A stretch of DNA of 61,611 bases, filler included, from Sminthopsis crassicaudata (taxonomy: Eukaryota), in assembly GCF_048593235.1 (NCBI RefSeq). It is 3 parts of 3 records of this genome, joined end to end, with 100 filler letters (N's around TTAATTAATTAA, not from the genome) between each part and the next. Parts side by side here need not be neighbours in the genome. Positions count along the whole stretch, not along the records: positions 1 to 26,959 come from NC_133623.1; positions 27,060 to 46,746 come from NC_133620.1; 1 more part is not named here. The stretch is one strand, 5' to 3'. The notes beneath the pieces are model-generated. The model was not told the origin of the DNA and searched no databases. It saw only the letters and a program-made list of their open reading frames with translations. The position numbers and the translations under genes were made by a program. Positions 17,761-28,822 of the stretch are shown in pieces. The first letter of the stretch is position 1. Every line of letters starts with the position of its first letter.

Positions 17761-20700
17761 TTACTGCCACTCCTTGTGGGGGCAGGGGGCTGGTAGACAG
17801 CAGGCCTGGCAGCGCCCCTCATACACTAGGACATCACAGTCTGGAGAACGGGAGCCCTGCCCCCCAATGCCAGGGAAACCTGGGCACAGATGGTAGGCCT
17901 CCAGGTTGCAGATAAGCTCTACCACCTCATCCACAGTGGTGAGGCGCAACGGGTGAGCCGTATAGAGCTCATGGTTGGCCGGAACAGGGACGTCTTGTAC
18001 CACTACGTGAAAGTAGAGGCCCGGCTGGATGTGGATAACGGCAGAGGCCATGGTGGACGAAGGGGAACGCTGGGTGATGCACAGGTCGGGCCCCCTCGGT
18101 GGCAGGACCTCCCAGTGAGCGGGCAAGGGCAGCTCATTCAGCTCCGCTAGGAACTCCTGGAGGACACTGTCCAGTACTCCACAGGACCCGGCTCTTGTCG
18201 GGGCGGCTCCACTCAGGCTATAAATCTCCATGATCTGGAGGGGAAAAGTCCGATTACAACTCCCCAGCTGCCATTTGTTCACTTCCTCCCTCCTTATGGG
18301 CCACCCAAGGCCAGCCCGCAGTCACTCACCACAGGAGTATCTGCATTCATATCCTCCTCTTCCTCACTCCAGGTTTCCTCTTGTTTCACAGCAAGTGGTA
18401 GCTGGGCCCGATCAACACCCTAAAAAACACAAACCACTAGTAAAGGACCTATTACGCTTGAAAAACGGGCACAAAATGCAGCGGGCCCGGTCTGGGGGAG
18501 ATGGCACGACTCCCCCCTCCCGTCCCCCCCTTCCAGGAGTTTCCAGGCTGGAGATTCGGAGCCAGACCAAGGCAGAATCCTGGGTCTTCCGTACACAGTT
18601 AGCAAGACCCACAAAGGCGTCATGGCACAAAAGCGACCTTCAAACTTCCATCCGAGAACCGGGAAGGGCGTCAAGCAGCCTTTGTACGTGGGAATCACGA
18701 GTGGCGGCAGAGGGTGATGTTTGGGGAGGGCTGCGGGAGATCAAGTTACCTTGATGGGGAAGCCAGGAGGGAATTCTGAAGAGGGAGGAAAGGCGGCTCC
18801 AAAAGTGTGGTCCCCATAAGCCTCAACCTCCTGCTTTATCGGGGGGGGCGAGATGAACACCCCAAAGTTTGGACACTCCTTTGCAGGGAAGAGGGAAGAC
18901 AGAAGCCTTAAGGGCCTCTGGCCAGGAGACCGGCACAAGGCCCCCCGCAGGCTGGCTCCCCACGGTGACAAGAGACTTCTACCCTCCAAAGCTTTGCTTG
19001 GCCCAGGACGCCAGCTCCTAAGCCACACTTCTCCAAGATCACCCTTAGAGTCGAACAGCCTCCCTCTAAGTCCAGCCAATCTCAACCCAGCCCGCAGGGG
19101 ACTCGGCTCCATCGGCCCTCTGACAAAGTGACCGCCGGCTTCGACGCCAGGGAGGCAGTGAAAGGGGCCAGGGAGCCTGGGCGCGTCAACCACTGCTCAC
19201 CTCTATGACGATGCAGCCGGGAGCGGGAAACAGCGAGCCTCGTGGCTTGCTCCGGGGCACCAGCACAGGGACGCCCTCACGCCCCTCCTGCTCCTGTAGG
19301 ATGACGAGGTCGGTCCCCGGGGGCATTGCAAAGCCAGGATGGAACTCCTCCATGATCACAGGGACCCCTTTCTGCTGAGGAACACGGGGACTGGGGTCAG
19401 CATGAGTAAAAGGGGTGATAGCCTCCAAGGGCTCAGGGTACACAGGACTGAGGCTAAGGAGATCAGAGGAAGGCAGCGATGCTTCCAAAGCTGCCATGCA
19501 GGGGTTGGGTCCAGCTCAGGATCCCAGGGCAGTAGGGAGGGATGGAAGCCATGGGGAATTAGGGTTACCTCAAGCCCACTGCTGAGAGCCTCAGTGACCA
19601 GCCTCTGGCCCCGGAGGCCCCCAGATTTGGCCCGCTTAACCAAGGTGCCCTTCCTATGGCGTGGCCGGCAGAGGCAGAGCTGCCCCCTCTACGGCAGGGC
19701 TGTCCCACCTGGCTGTAGGCAGCAGATGTTTCTGTAGGCAGACACTTGGCTGAGCACCTTAAGGCGCCACTGCCTACCCAGGACCGCCCCACAGCCGGCT
19801 GCCACACCCACCATGGCAAACTGCAGGCACTGCCTCCATCGGCACTTCTGGTTACAGCCCCCAAATTTGGGCTTGTCCCGGCAGAAGTCGCACTGGCCAC
19901 AGCCCACGCAGCGCCGGCACGCCGCACACACCTCACATTTGCGGCTCTGCCGGTGACTAGAAGAGTGCTGGGCGGCAGGTGAGAGAGACGAGATCACCTG
20001 GGCTGCCAGCGCTCCCGCTGGGGCTGGACGGCAGCCCTTCCAGAGGCAGGCTGGTGAGCAGTGGGACGGTAGGGCCTTCTAGACGGCTCTTTGGACAGAC
20101 GTGTCCAAACCGACTCTACCTTGGCCCCCCGTGTGATCCCACGTCTGCCGTAGGAAGCTTCCTTGAGCGTTGCAACCCCAAGCCAGCCTTTCACACTTCT
20201 ACTGGCCCCCAGGAGTCTCCAGGAAAACCTCTGGCTTTGTAAAGCCCTGGGCTCGGTGGCCCCTTGACTGCACACCTTGGGACAGGCATCGGGCAGGGGG
20301 GCGTGGTAGGAAGGGCCTCCAAACTAGCACCAGAAGGGTCAAAGAGCCAAGGAGAACCTTCCTGTCAAGCACCCAGCTTAGAGGGGCAGCAGAGCTACTA
20401 ATTTATCAGCCACTGAGGCTGTCGGTGGCCAAGTGGGCCGGGGGGGAGGGGAAGAAAAGAGAGACTTGGACACTCACTAGAAAATCAGAGCCTACACAGT
20501 AATACAGAAAGCCCTTGGAGAGGAAGGCAGGGACCACAGGCAACTGCAAGGAAAACAGGTGGGAGGGACAAGGGGGGGGGGGGGTGCACAGCGGCCCAAG
20601 TGCAAGGGTTCCCTGGGAGGTGAAGGGGCCAGGCGGCAAGACCCCAGCCAGACTCCGAGGCGCCAAGCCTTTCCCCTCACGTCATCCCTCTGTGTCTCCA

Positions 20701-23700
20701 AGCAACCCCCCAACTCCAAGCGAGGCCCAGACTACCCAGTAGCCCCATGGCCAAGTCAGGGCCTCACCAGCTTGGAAGGTGCCAATTTGGCTCTTTGGCC
20801 TTATAACCAACGTGGAGCTGCAAGGATGGGGAAGGGAGCGAACAAGCCGGTGAAGGAGCAGCTGGCAGCTAGAACCTCAAATTCTACCCCCTCCTGCTCT
20901 CTCCCTGCAAAGTGACCGGATGACCTGAGCAAAAGGGGCTCCTTCCCCGAGCTGCACGTGAACGCCTGCTTGCGCACACAGCCGACAGGTGGGCATCCCC
21001 CTTTTATTTCACTCGCTCTGCTGGGTTCCAGAAGCAACTTCCATTTCTGTGGGACTGGAGGACAACAGCCCTCTAACAGGAAATCACAGGCCTGGCTCGG
21101 GGGAGGGGGCCTAAGGCCAGCAAAAGCTTGACCACCAAAGACAGAGCACACTCCTGCCGGGGACACCCTTGGGTGCAAGAGTGGCCCAGAACTGTGCTTA
21201 GGAACCCATGGGCCTTCTCAGAAGTATTCCAGGAACGGGTCCAAATGCTTCCCTTTCCCTACAAGGGATGTTCCATGTGCGTGTGCACGCGTGTCTGTGG
21301 CGGGGAGAGACGGGAAAGACTGGCGTGGATGGGCCAGAGAAACTCATGAGGTTTCTCTCAAACCTGTTCTATCGTGCCAGTTACCAGACATCTGTTCTCT
21401 TCCCCTTCCAGCTGGGATTCCGGCTCCTCATTTGTCAAAGGGGAAGGGGAATAAGGCATCACAGCCACACATGTCCCCATCCTCCCTCATGATACAAGCC
21501 AAAGTAGGTGGGGGGTCCAAGGATCTGCCCATTCAGAGCCAGGACTCTATGGTCTTCCCACCACGGTGCCCACGGTGCCCACTTCCCCCCAACTCCTAAC
21601 AGCTCCGACAGAATAGGGAAGAAACGCATGATCCTCCCCCTCAAAAAAGCAGTGATAGGGGGGCGATTGTGAACATGGGATAGACAAATGACACAGCCAG
21701 GTCAGAACAAAGCAAGTGGAGATATCTATACTCACACCGATGCACACGCACGTGCGCGCACACGCACGCAGGCCCCAGCACGGACATGGGGTTGGTCTTC
21801 ATGAAATAAGGGAGTAGGGTTCGCTTACATGCAGGGGGGGACAAGACAGGATGGGGCAGGGCCCCCCAGGGCCAGGAGGACGCCACCCCCAGTTTTCAAA
21901 CCAGACACTGAGTTTAAAATGCCCTCGTTGCCGTAGCTGCCACAGTGGGACCTCTCTGCCAACCCCGGAGGCCTTCGCGGGAGCAGCCTCCTGCCAGCCA
22001 GGCCAGGGAAGAAGGGGACAGAGGATCATAGGAGATCAGGAAGGGAGAGGAAGGATGATGAGGAAAGGCAGGGAAAGAGATGAACCTCTGGAGATCTTCC
22101 TGCCTTCTCTCCTGTTCCCCTCAAGCCCTCCACCCCCTTCTTGGAAATCAGGCCTTCTCCACCAACAAAGTGATGGCATCACAAGGCTCCCATTGGGGCT
22201 TGGAACCTGGGCTTGGCAGGCAGGCAAGCAGGCAGGCGGGCGGGCAGATCACAACAGGCAGAGGGGCCACTCCCAGGCTCTGAGGGCCTCCCACTCACTA
22301 GGCTAGACAGACAGCCAAGACGGACCTGGCTTGGGGAGCTAACAAGCTCTGTAGGGTGGCCCAACCCCAGGGGTAGGTAGGAAGAAGGAGGCAGCAGAAT
22401 CTCAGTGACTGGCTCAGTCCTGTCCCCACATGCGCCATGCGTGCCCTCACCCTCAGGCCCCCACTCACTGTCACCACTGTGGGGAGCCTTATCAGACATC
22501 AGACTTGGCTCCTGGGTAGCTTTGAAGGTGGCCTGTCCTGAGCGGGGCAGGATGGGGCCCAAGGGGATTGATGGAAAAAACAGAGAGCAAGGGCAGACTG
22601 AGACTGTGGAGGAGCAGGACCCCCCAAAGCTCCATGCATTTCTGGATGACGCTGGGAAAGAGACCCTGTAGCCATGCAGGTGCAACCCTCAGTGCCAGGA
22701 GAAGTCAGAGGCACAGCAACGGGGCCAAGGAGGAAGAGAGAACAAGCAGAAGAAAGAAACTAGTGGGCACCGTGCCCCCCACTCCTAGTCGGAAGTTTCT
22801 TCCTACTGTGCTCAGTGGGGAAGTCAGGGCAGCGTAAGGGAAGCTGGAAGCCAGCCCAGAAGAGTCAAGGCCTCAGGTGCCTTTCTACCTTTCTACCCCA
22901 CCCCCCATTCCCTAGGTTCCAAGCCCTCAATACCAAAGCAGATGCCCGACCCCTCAGGAACAAAAAGCCCCCAGGACGCAGCCGAGTACCTCCACTGGTA
23001 TGGCTAACCCAGTCTGACAGCAGAGGCAAAGAGGGAGGAAGAGGATGGAGTGGAGGCAAAGGGGAGAGGAACCAACGACAAGAACTACACGGGGACCGTG
23101 GCCTGCTGCGCCCAGGTCAGAGGCCAAGAAGCCCTGCCCCAGCTCTCCCCACACTCATCCGAGCTGCAGTGCTCCCCACCTTAGTAGTGCTGAAAGGGCC
23201 ATAGGCTTGAGGGGGGGGGCGGCGGCATCAGGACTCGGCGGCGTCTGCCCGGGAGCTTCCTGGTGGCCAATCCTCGGGTTTCTTCTTGATCCGCTTCTGG
23301 GAGGCAAGGACTTTGTCAGTTTCGACGAAGTGCTTGGGCACCTGAGGCTTCTTGAGACCCCCACACTAGGGGAAGAGCTAACTCCCCAGCCTCAGACTCA
23401 GTGAGGCCACTCTGGGTAGCAGAAGCCCCTGGGGTTCAGCTTTGGGACCTGAGCTCCATTCCAAGACCTGTCAACTGTGGAAGGTGCAAGCCGGTCTGCG
23501 ACCCCAGGGCCTTTGGGAGTGTTCACCTTGAGGCAGCGCCGCAGAAGGCATTTCCATTGCCTCTTGAGCTCTGGTCTTCCCCGGCGCTCACAAATGCAGC
23601 AGGTCCCACAGTCCTCCTTGACTTTACAGCCAGAACAGACACCGCAGCCAAAACTCTGAGAAGCAAGGGGCGTTAAATAGCATCGTGAGGGCCCAGCCCC

Positions 23701-25696
23701 GGGCCCAGTCCAGCCCCAGGAGTCCCACTCACTTTCTTCACGATCTTCAGGCAGCGGCGCTGGGCACACTGGCTTCCGGGGAGCCGGGGGGGCACCAGGC
23801 CGGGAAACCCTCATGGTACAGTCGGGGCACGTGCCACAGTCCACGGTCAGCTGGCAGGCCTTGCACTCACCACAGCCTACTCGCTGCCAAGGAGAAAGGA
23901 GATGCCCGGGTCACCCCCCCCCCCAAAAAAAAAAACTCCCCCCAGACTGTCAGCCCCTTGAGGGCAGGGGCGGGGCCCGGGCAGGGAGCTCAACAAGAAC
24001 TAATACCTTGAACATCCTCTGCTCCCGGTTGAAGGCATTCCTCTGGGCTGGGGGAAGAAAGGAAAACACTGATCCCTGGCCACAAGGGCCCCCAGCCAAG
24101 CTCCGCCCCAATTCCTAGAGACAAGCCAGTGGGGGGGTGGGGGTGGGGGTGCGCCAGCCCAGACCCACCTCGGCAGCCTCGACACAGAGTCCGGAGCCGC
24201 TGGCGCTGGGCGTCGTCCCCCGAGATGCTGGCGCCGCAGTTTTCACAGCTTCTAAGGGGGAAGGAGAGCCTAGCCAGTGAACCCCAAAGGAGAAGTTACA
24301 GCGGGCTGGGGGGGGGTAATTTGGGGGCAAGAAGGGCATTGGTGACTTACTCCCTCACAGATCTCATCCCTTCCCATCCCAGAGGTGCCAAGGGGCCCCG
24401 CACTGGAAGTGACCTTAAAGAGCAGGGTGCCGCCCCGACCCCCCCGAAGCCCCATCCCTGCGTAATTCGAAGAAGACTGGGCTGGGGAGCCCCCCGGCGG
24501 GATGAACCAGGTAGGTCTCCCACTCACATAGCCAGAGTGGCCGGGGGGGGAGGCTGGCAGAATCTGGGGGCTGACCCCAGAGACTGCTTCTCTTTGAGGG
24601 ACGGTTCTTTCTTCTTGAGCCAAACTCGTCTCTTCTTCTTCTTCTTCTTCTTCTTCTTTTTTCTTTTGAGAAGCTCCCTGGGAGGGGGGGTGGAACACGA
24701 GCAGGACTCCAAAAGGGCCCTCACCTTCTTGGTCCCGTTCCCTCCTCCCGCAGTACAACATACCTTAGCGGGCAAATACTGGAGGACACCCCGTTTGAAG
24801 TCAAAGCGGCTAAGGTCACAGTCGGGGCCCAAGAAACGCCTCAGCTCAACCTTACTGCGAATCCGCTCTCCCGTAGGGCTACATTGGGGGGAGGGGCCAG
24901 GAGAGGGGGTGAGGCTGGTGGGGGGCCGTTTCCGCAAGCACACCCAGCCCAGGCCCGGGACCAGAGAATACAACAGCTCCCCGGATGCCCAGTTTGCAGC
25001 CACTGCCCCGTCCTCCCTTGGGTTCCAACCTCGCTGGGTTCCAAATAAAATAAAAGTTTTCACTCGGAGGCCTCGAGGCCCGTGTCAAATTTGGCCTCGG
25101 ACACTTGCTGGCTGTTGCGGCCCTAGGCAAGTCACTTCCCGGTCTGCCTCATTTTCCTCAGCCGTAAGTCGGGCAGCACAACAGGACCTACCTCCCGGGG
25201 CAGGCGTGAGGATTCGAGAAAAAATATGTGTAAAGTGCTTAGCACAGGGCCTGGCACGTGGTAGGCACTATAAAAATGATCCCCACCCTCCTTCCCCTTC
25301 TCTTCCCACCGCTCTCTCAATCCAAATGAGAGGCTGGGGTTGGGGGGGGCCACTTCACTGGAAAGAGGCTGGCAGACTAGACCCAGCCGTCCCTGCCCCA
25401 CCTAGGGTACCACCCGGGTGGCTTCAACATGTGGGCCCCCGGGGCAATGGCACTGTTGGTGCCCCCCCCTCTGCAGAGTTGAGAATCTCTGTCCACACCT
25501 CCCCAGAACCATCACCTGCAGCCCAAAGCTTTCAATCCCTTCCCCACCTCCAGCAGCGCCCCCTCAAGACCTCGGTGCCTGCCTACCTCTGGTAATAGGT
25601 GTCTGAACGACCGCAGGTAGCTCCGGATTTCCGGAAGGATTCACGGCGCTTCCAGCCCGGGCCCAACACGGGGCAATCCAGCCAGTCCTCAGCCAT
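17761..25696 (-). CDS. MBD1: Methyl-CpG-binding domain protein 1 family gene (MBD, three CXXC-type domains, C-terminal region) with two apparent +1 frameshifts; exons 25587-25696, 24764-24878, 24528-24677, 24351-24457, 24169-24251, 24007-24047, 23733-23883 (frameshift), 23527-23655, unresolved region, 19812-19967, 19569-19731 (frameshift), 19201-19374, 18750-18878, 18330-18419, 17761-18234
   Basis: MAEDWLDCPVLGPGWKRRESFRKSGATCGRSDTYYQSPTGERIRSKVELRRFLGPDCDLSRFDFKRG is the MBD1 N-terminus; AFNREQRMFKRVGCGEC, CDFCRDKPKFGG, PPGTDLVILQE, VKQE and TPV|IMEIYSL match recalled human MBD1. Whether it is an intact gene with assembly errors or a decaying copy cannot be decided from this sequence. Confidence 0.85.
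25090..25275 (+). mobile_element. MIR SINE in an MBD1 intron, unusually GC/CpG-rich
   Basis: ggcaagtcactt, ctgcctcattttcctc and gtaaagtgcttagcacagggcctggcac follow the MIR consensus. Confidence 0.7.
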
Positions 25697-26544
25697 GGAG
25701 GACGGGGGTCAGGGGAGGGGAGAGAGTGATGGGCGCCAGAGGTGGCCGCCTGCAGGGGGGGGGGGCAGGTCAGTGGGGTGCAGGGAGCCCAGACAGGGCA
25801 GGTCAGCAGGCCAAAGGAAGAGGCAAACCGGAGGCTACACACTCCAAGTATAGGCCTGCCCCCCCCACCCTGCAGTGGAGTTGCAGGTTTGATCAGTAAG
25901 AATCGCCAAGAGGCCATTTCTCTAAGGAAGGGGCTTTATTGTCCTCAAAGCAGATGGAACCGCACAGCATCGGGGACCTGGGTAGTCAGAGAAGGGGGAT
26001 GGCAAGATATTTACCGAATGAGACAACGCTTGTCTCCTCCCAGGAGAGAGTGCTGTCCAACCACTGGTTGGGATTAATGAGTCTTTGAAAGTACCGAGGG
26101 TCTGTGGAGGCCCCAGCTTTTGAAACGTCCAGTAGGACCCCAAACTTCCTGCACCGAGCCAAGCGGGAAGCTGTGTCCTGCTTACCACATGCCGAGACCC
26201 CCGCACTAGGATGCCTGGGCAACCACATCCTGTTTTTCTGTTCCCTGTGGTCAACTGCCCAAGCAGAAACTAACGAAGAAGCCCTGCTGGGGCTTGTTCA
26301 AACCTTCAACCCTTAAGTAAAGACCAAGATCTTCCTAGGAGAAGGCAAACCCAGCTTGCCTAGAATCATAGCCTTAGGGAGAATCGTATAAAACTGGGGA
26401 AACTGAGGCCAAAGAAGAAGGCAGTCGTTCAAGGTCAAAGGATCAGCCAGTCCAGACATTGGAATAAAACCCAGGTCTGCCTCTCAAGCTACAGCACCAA
26501 AGGCTCAATAGGGAAAGAGTGTGCCAAGGGCACTTGGTGTAGGA

Positions 26545-26959
26545 AAGGAAAAAGGAGAGGAGAGGAGAAAGGAAAAAGAAGAGGAGAAGAAAGGAATGGA
26601 CAACAGAAAAGGAATGGAATGGAAAGGAATGGGAAGGAAAGGAATCAAATCGAAAGAAAAGGGAAAAGGGAAGGAAAAGAAAGGAATGGAACAGAACAGA
26701 ATGGTAAAGGAAAGGAATGGAATGCAACGAAATGGAATGGAATGGAACGAAATGGAATGGAAAGGAATGGAATGGAATGAAAAAGGATGGAACAGAAAGA
26801 AATGGCTTGGAAGGGAACAGAAAGTAATGGGAAAGAATAGAATGGAAAGGAATGGGAAAGAATGGAATGGAATAGAAAGGAACAGAATGGAATGAAAAAG
26901 AATGGAACAGAAAGGAACAGAACAGAAAGGAATGGCTTGGAAGGGAACAGAAAGTAATG
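26545..26959 (+). repeat. Purine-rich (GGAAT/GGAAA/GAACA)n pentamer simple repeat running into the gap
   Basis: Direct inspection; it also explains the low-complexity ORFs at 26443-26895. Confidence 0.9.
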
Positions 26960-27059
26960 NNNNNNNNNNNNNNNNNNNNNNNNNNNNNNNNNNNNNNNNN
27001 NNNTTAATTAATTAANNNNNNNNNNNNNNNNNNNNNNNNNNNNNNNNNNNNNNNNNNNN
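26960..27059. other. Artificial scaffold-join spacer N44-TTAATTAATTAA-N44
   Basis: Exactly 100 bp, symmetrical, and the core has stop codons in all six frames; identical layout at 46747-46846. Confidence 0.95.
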
Positions 27060-27159
27060 AAATGAACATTACCATAATTCTGGAAACAAAAATATCTCAG
27101 AAATTTACAGGCATAAAGCAAAACAATGATGGGCAATAAATTGCCTATGGAGGCAAAAT

Positions 27160-27177
27160 GATAATAATAATAATAAC

Positions 27178-27215
<38 letters not shown>

Positions 27216-27217
27216 TA
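27160..27217 (+). repeat. (AAT)n microsatellite
   Basis: Direct inspection. Confidence 0.9.
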
Positions 27218-27284
27218 ATTCTGTTGTTTCCCAACAGAAAACTCTTTACTTCTAAATTGATTGTTACTGTAGATTTATGGTCTC

Positions 27285-27470
27285 AAAGTATGGTCCAGAG
27301 AATACTGTGAGTCTCTGAAACCCTTTTAAAGGGTCTACAAATTCTAAATTAGTTTTTATTTCTAACATTGAAATATCTATAGATATAACCTAATAAATAA
27401 AAATTCTTTTGATAGATCCTCAATAATTTTTAATAATTTAAAGACAAAGACAAAATTTTGAGAACTACTG
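27285..27470. mobile_element. Old hAT-type (MER5/Charlie-like) DNA transposon remnant
   Basis: ggtctcaaagtatggtcc ... ttttgagaactactgctctaga resembles MER5-family ends; family assignment is from memory. Confidence 0.45.
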
Positions 27471-28822
27471 CTCTAGATAAGATTGTAAATTATAATTAAA
27501 GTACTAGCATTGGTAACAAACAGGTATCTTTACACCTAGGATCAACTTAAGGTCTTATAAGGGTAAATTACTCTCTGTTGTAAACTTTTACCTTTTGCTT
27601 TTTGGAAAATCATGTTTTTTACCTTTTGTTTTTTGGAAAATCATGTTCTGTCAAAATATTTAGGAGACATTCTATTTTCCAGAGTTAAGGCGCAGCAAGC
27701 AGATTGTGCCCTGAGTTTGACATAACACTTCTCATTTGTGCTTTATAATGATTTTACCCTCCCCTTATTTCCCAGGGCCATCCATCACTTCTTCATAATC
27801 CCTTATCATTAACAGATACTGCACTCCCTATTACCATCATAGAACTCTGGTTCTGTGCCCCACAAGATGACTATGACCCCTATAATTTGAGATAATGGAT
27901 ATTCCCACAGGACTCAATAATCCCTGTATTGTCCCAAGAAATGCTCACAATGAGAACTATGTCAAGACCTAAGAATAATATGTTGTGGAATAACCCCTTT
28001 TGCACACGTAAGTGGCCCAAGCATCAGCAGCATTAATTTTTTGGGGGGGAGGGCAGGGGAGTTGGCAAGAGGTCTTCCTTTTGCAAACATTATTTTCCTC
28101 ACTCTGAAATTAATTAAACTTCTGTTTGTGTCTTAACTTTTCTGTCTCTAACATGATTTGTGCAGCTCTAGTCACTCACAGGCTAGAGGCAATAGTTGTA
28201 AGACAGTTGACAGTTCCAAGATTTCTTTCCTGTACGATCCTATGGTGCTTGAATTCTTCCCCCCCCCCCCCCCGGATATTTGTAGTTTTTTTTCTTCTAT
28301 CTAGGAATTATACATTATTATGGTTTTGACAAATTCTTCGTTTCATTCAGGAGGTGACTTATTGGTTCTATTTTCACTTTTTCCTCTGCTTAGAATAAAT
28401 AAGGAAAATATTCATTTATGAGCACCATAGTATCCAGATACTTTTCTAGTCATGGTTTTCAGGAAATCAAATAATTCTTCAATTGTCTTTGCTTAATCTA
28501 TTTTTTTAGCTCAATTATTTCCAATAGTTAATAATTTATGTTTTCTTCTATTTTTCAGTCTTTTCGTTTTGATCCCATATTTCTCATTTCATGGAGTAAC
28601 TGAGTTCTATTTAGTTCATTCGAATTTTTAGAGAGTTCAGTACTTGGATAATGTTTTTTTTTTTTTACTATCTCAGCTAAGCTATTTATTTTACTACCAG
28701 TTTTTTTTTCCTCTGTTACAGTTATATGATTTTTTTTCTCATGCTTAATTTTTTCCAGGAATTTTTGTATCCTTTTAGTCAAGCTATGCTTTAAGAGTTA
28801 GATATTCTCTAATCAATAATAA

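Noticed and set aside
24524-25063. 179-aa ORF suggesting a divergent MBD N-terminus and a poly-Lys tract
   Set aside because: It reads through introns; the true MBD N-half is in exon 25587-25696 and the GAA tract is read as poly-Glu in the spliced frame.
26443-26895. Lys/Glu/Trp-rich 124-aa and Phe/Ser-rich 94-aa ORFs
   Set aside because: Translations of the (GGAAT)n repeat.
27004-27015. TTAATTAATTAA palindrome as a biological site
   Set aside because: Centred in an exact 100-bp N spacer and repeated identically at 46791-46802; an assembly linker.
27588-27647. 30-bp tandem duplication (a 24-bp one also occurs at ~54340-54385)
   Set aside because: Two-copy local slippage events in non-genic sequence; no spacer structure, so not CRISPR-like.
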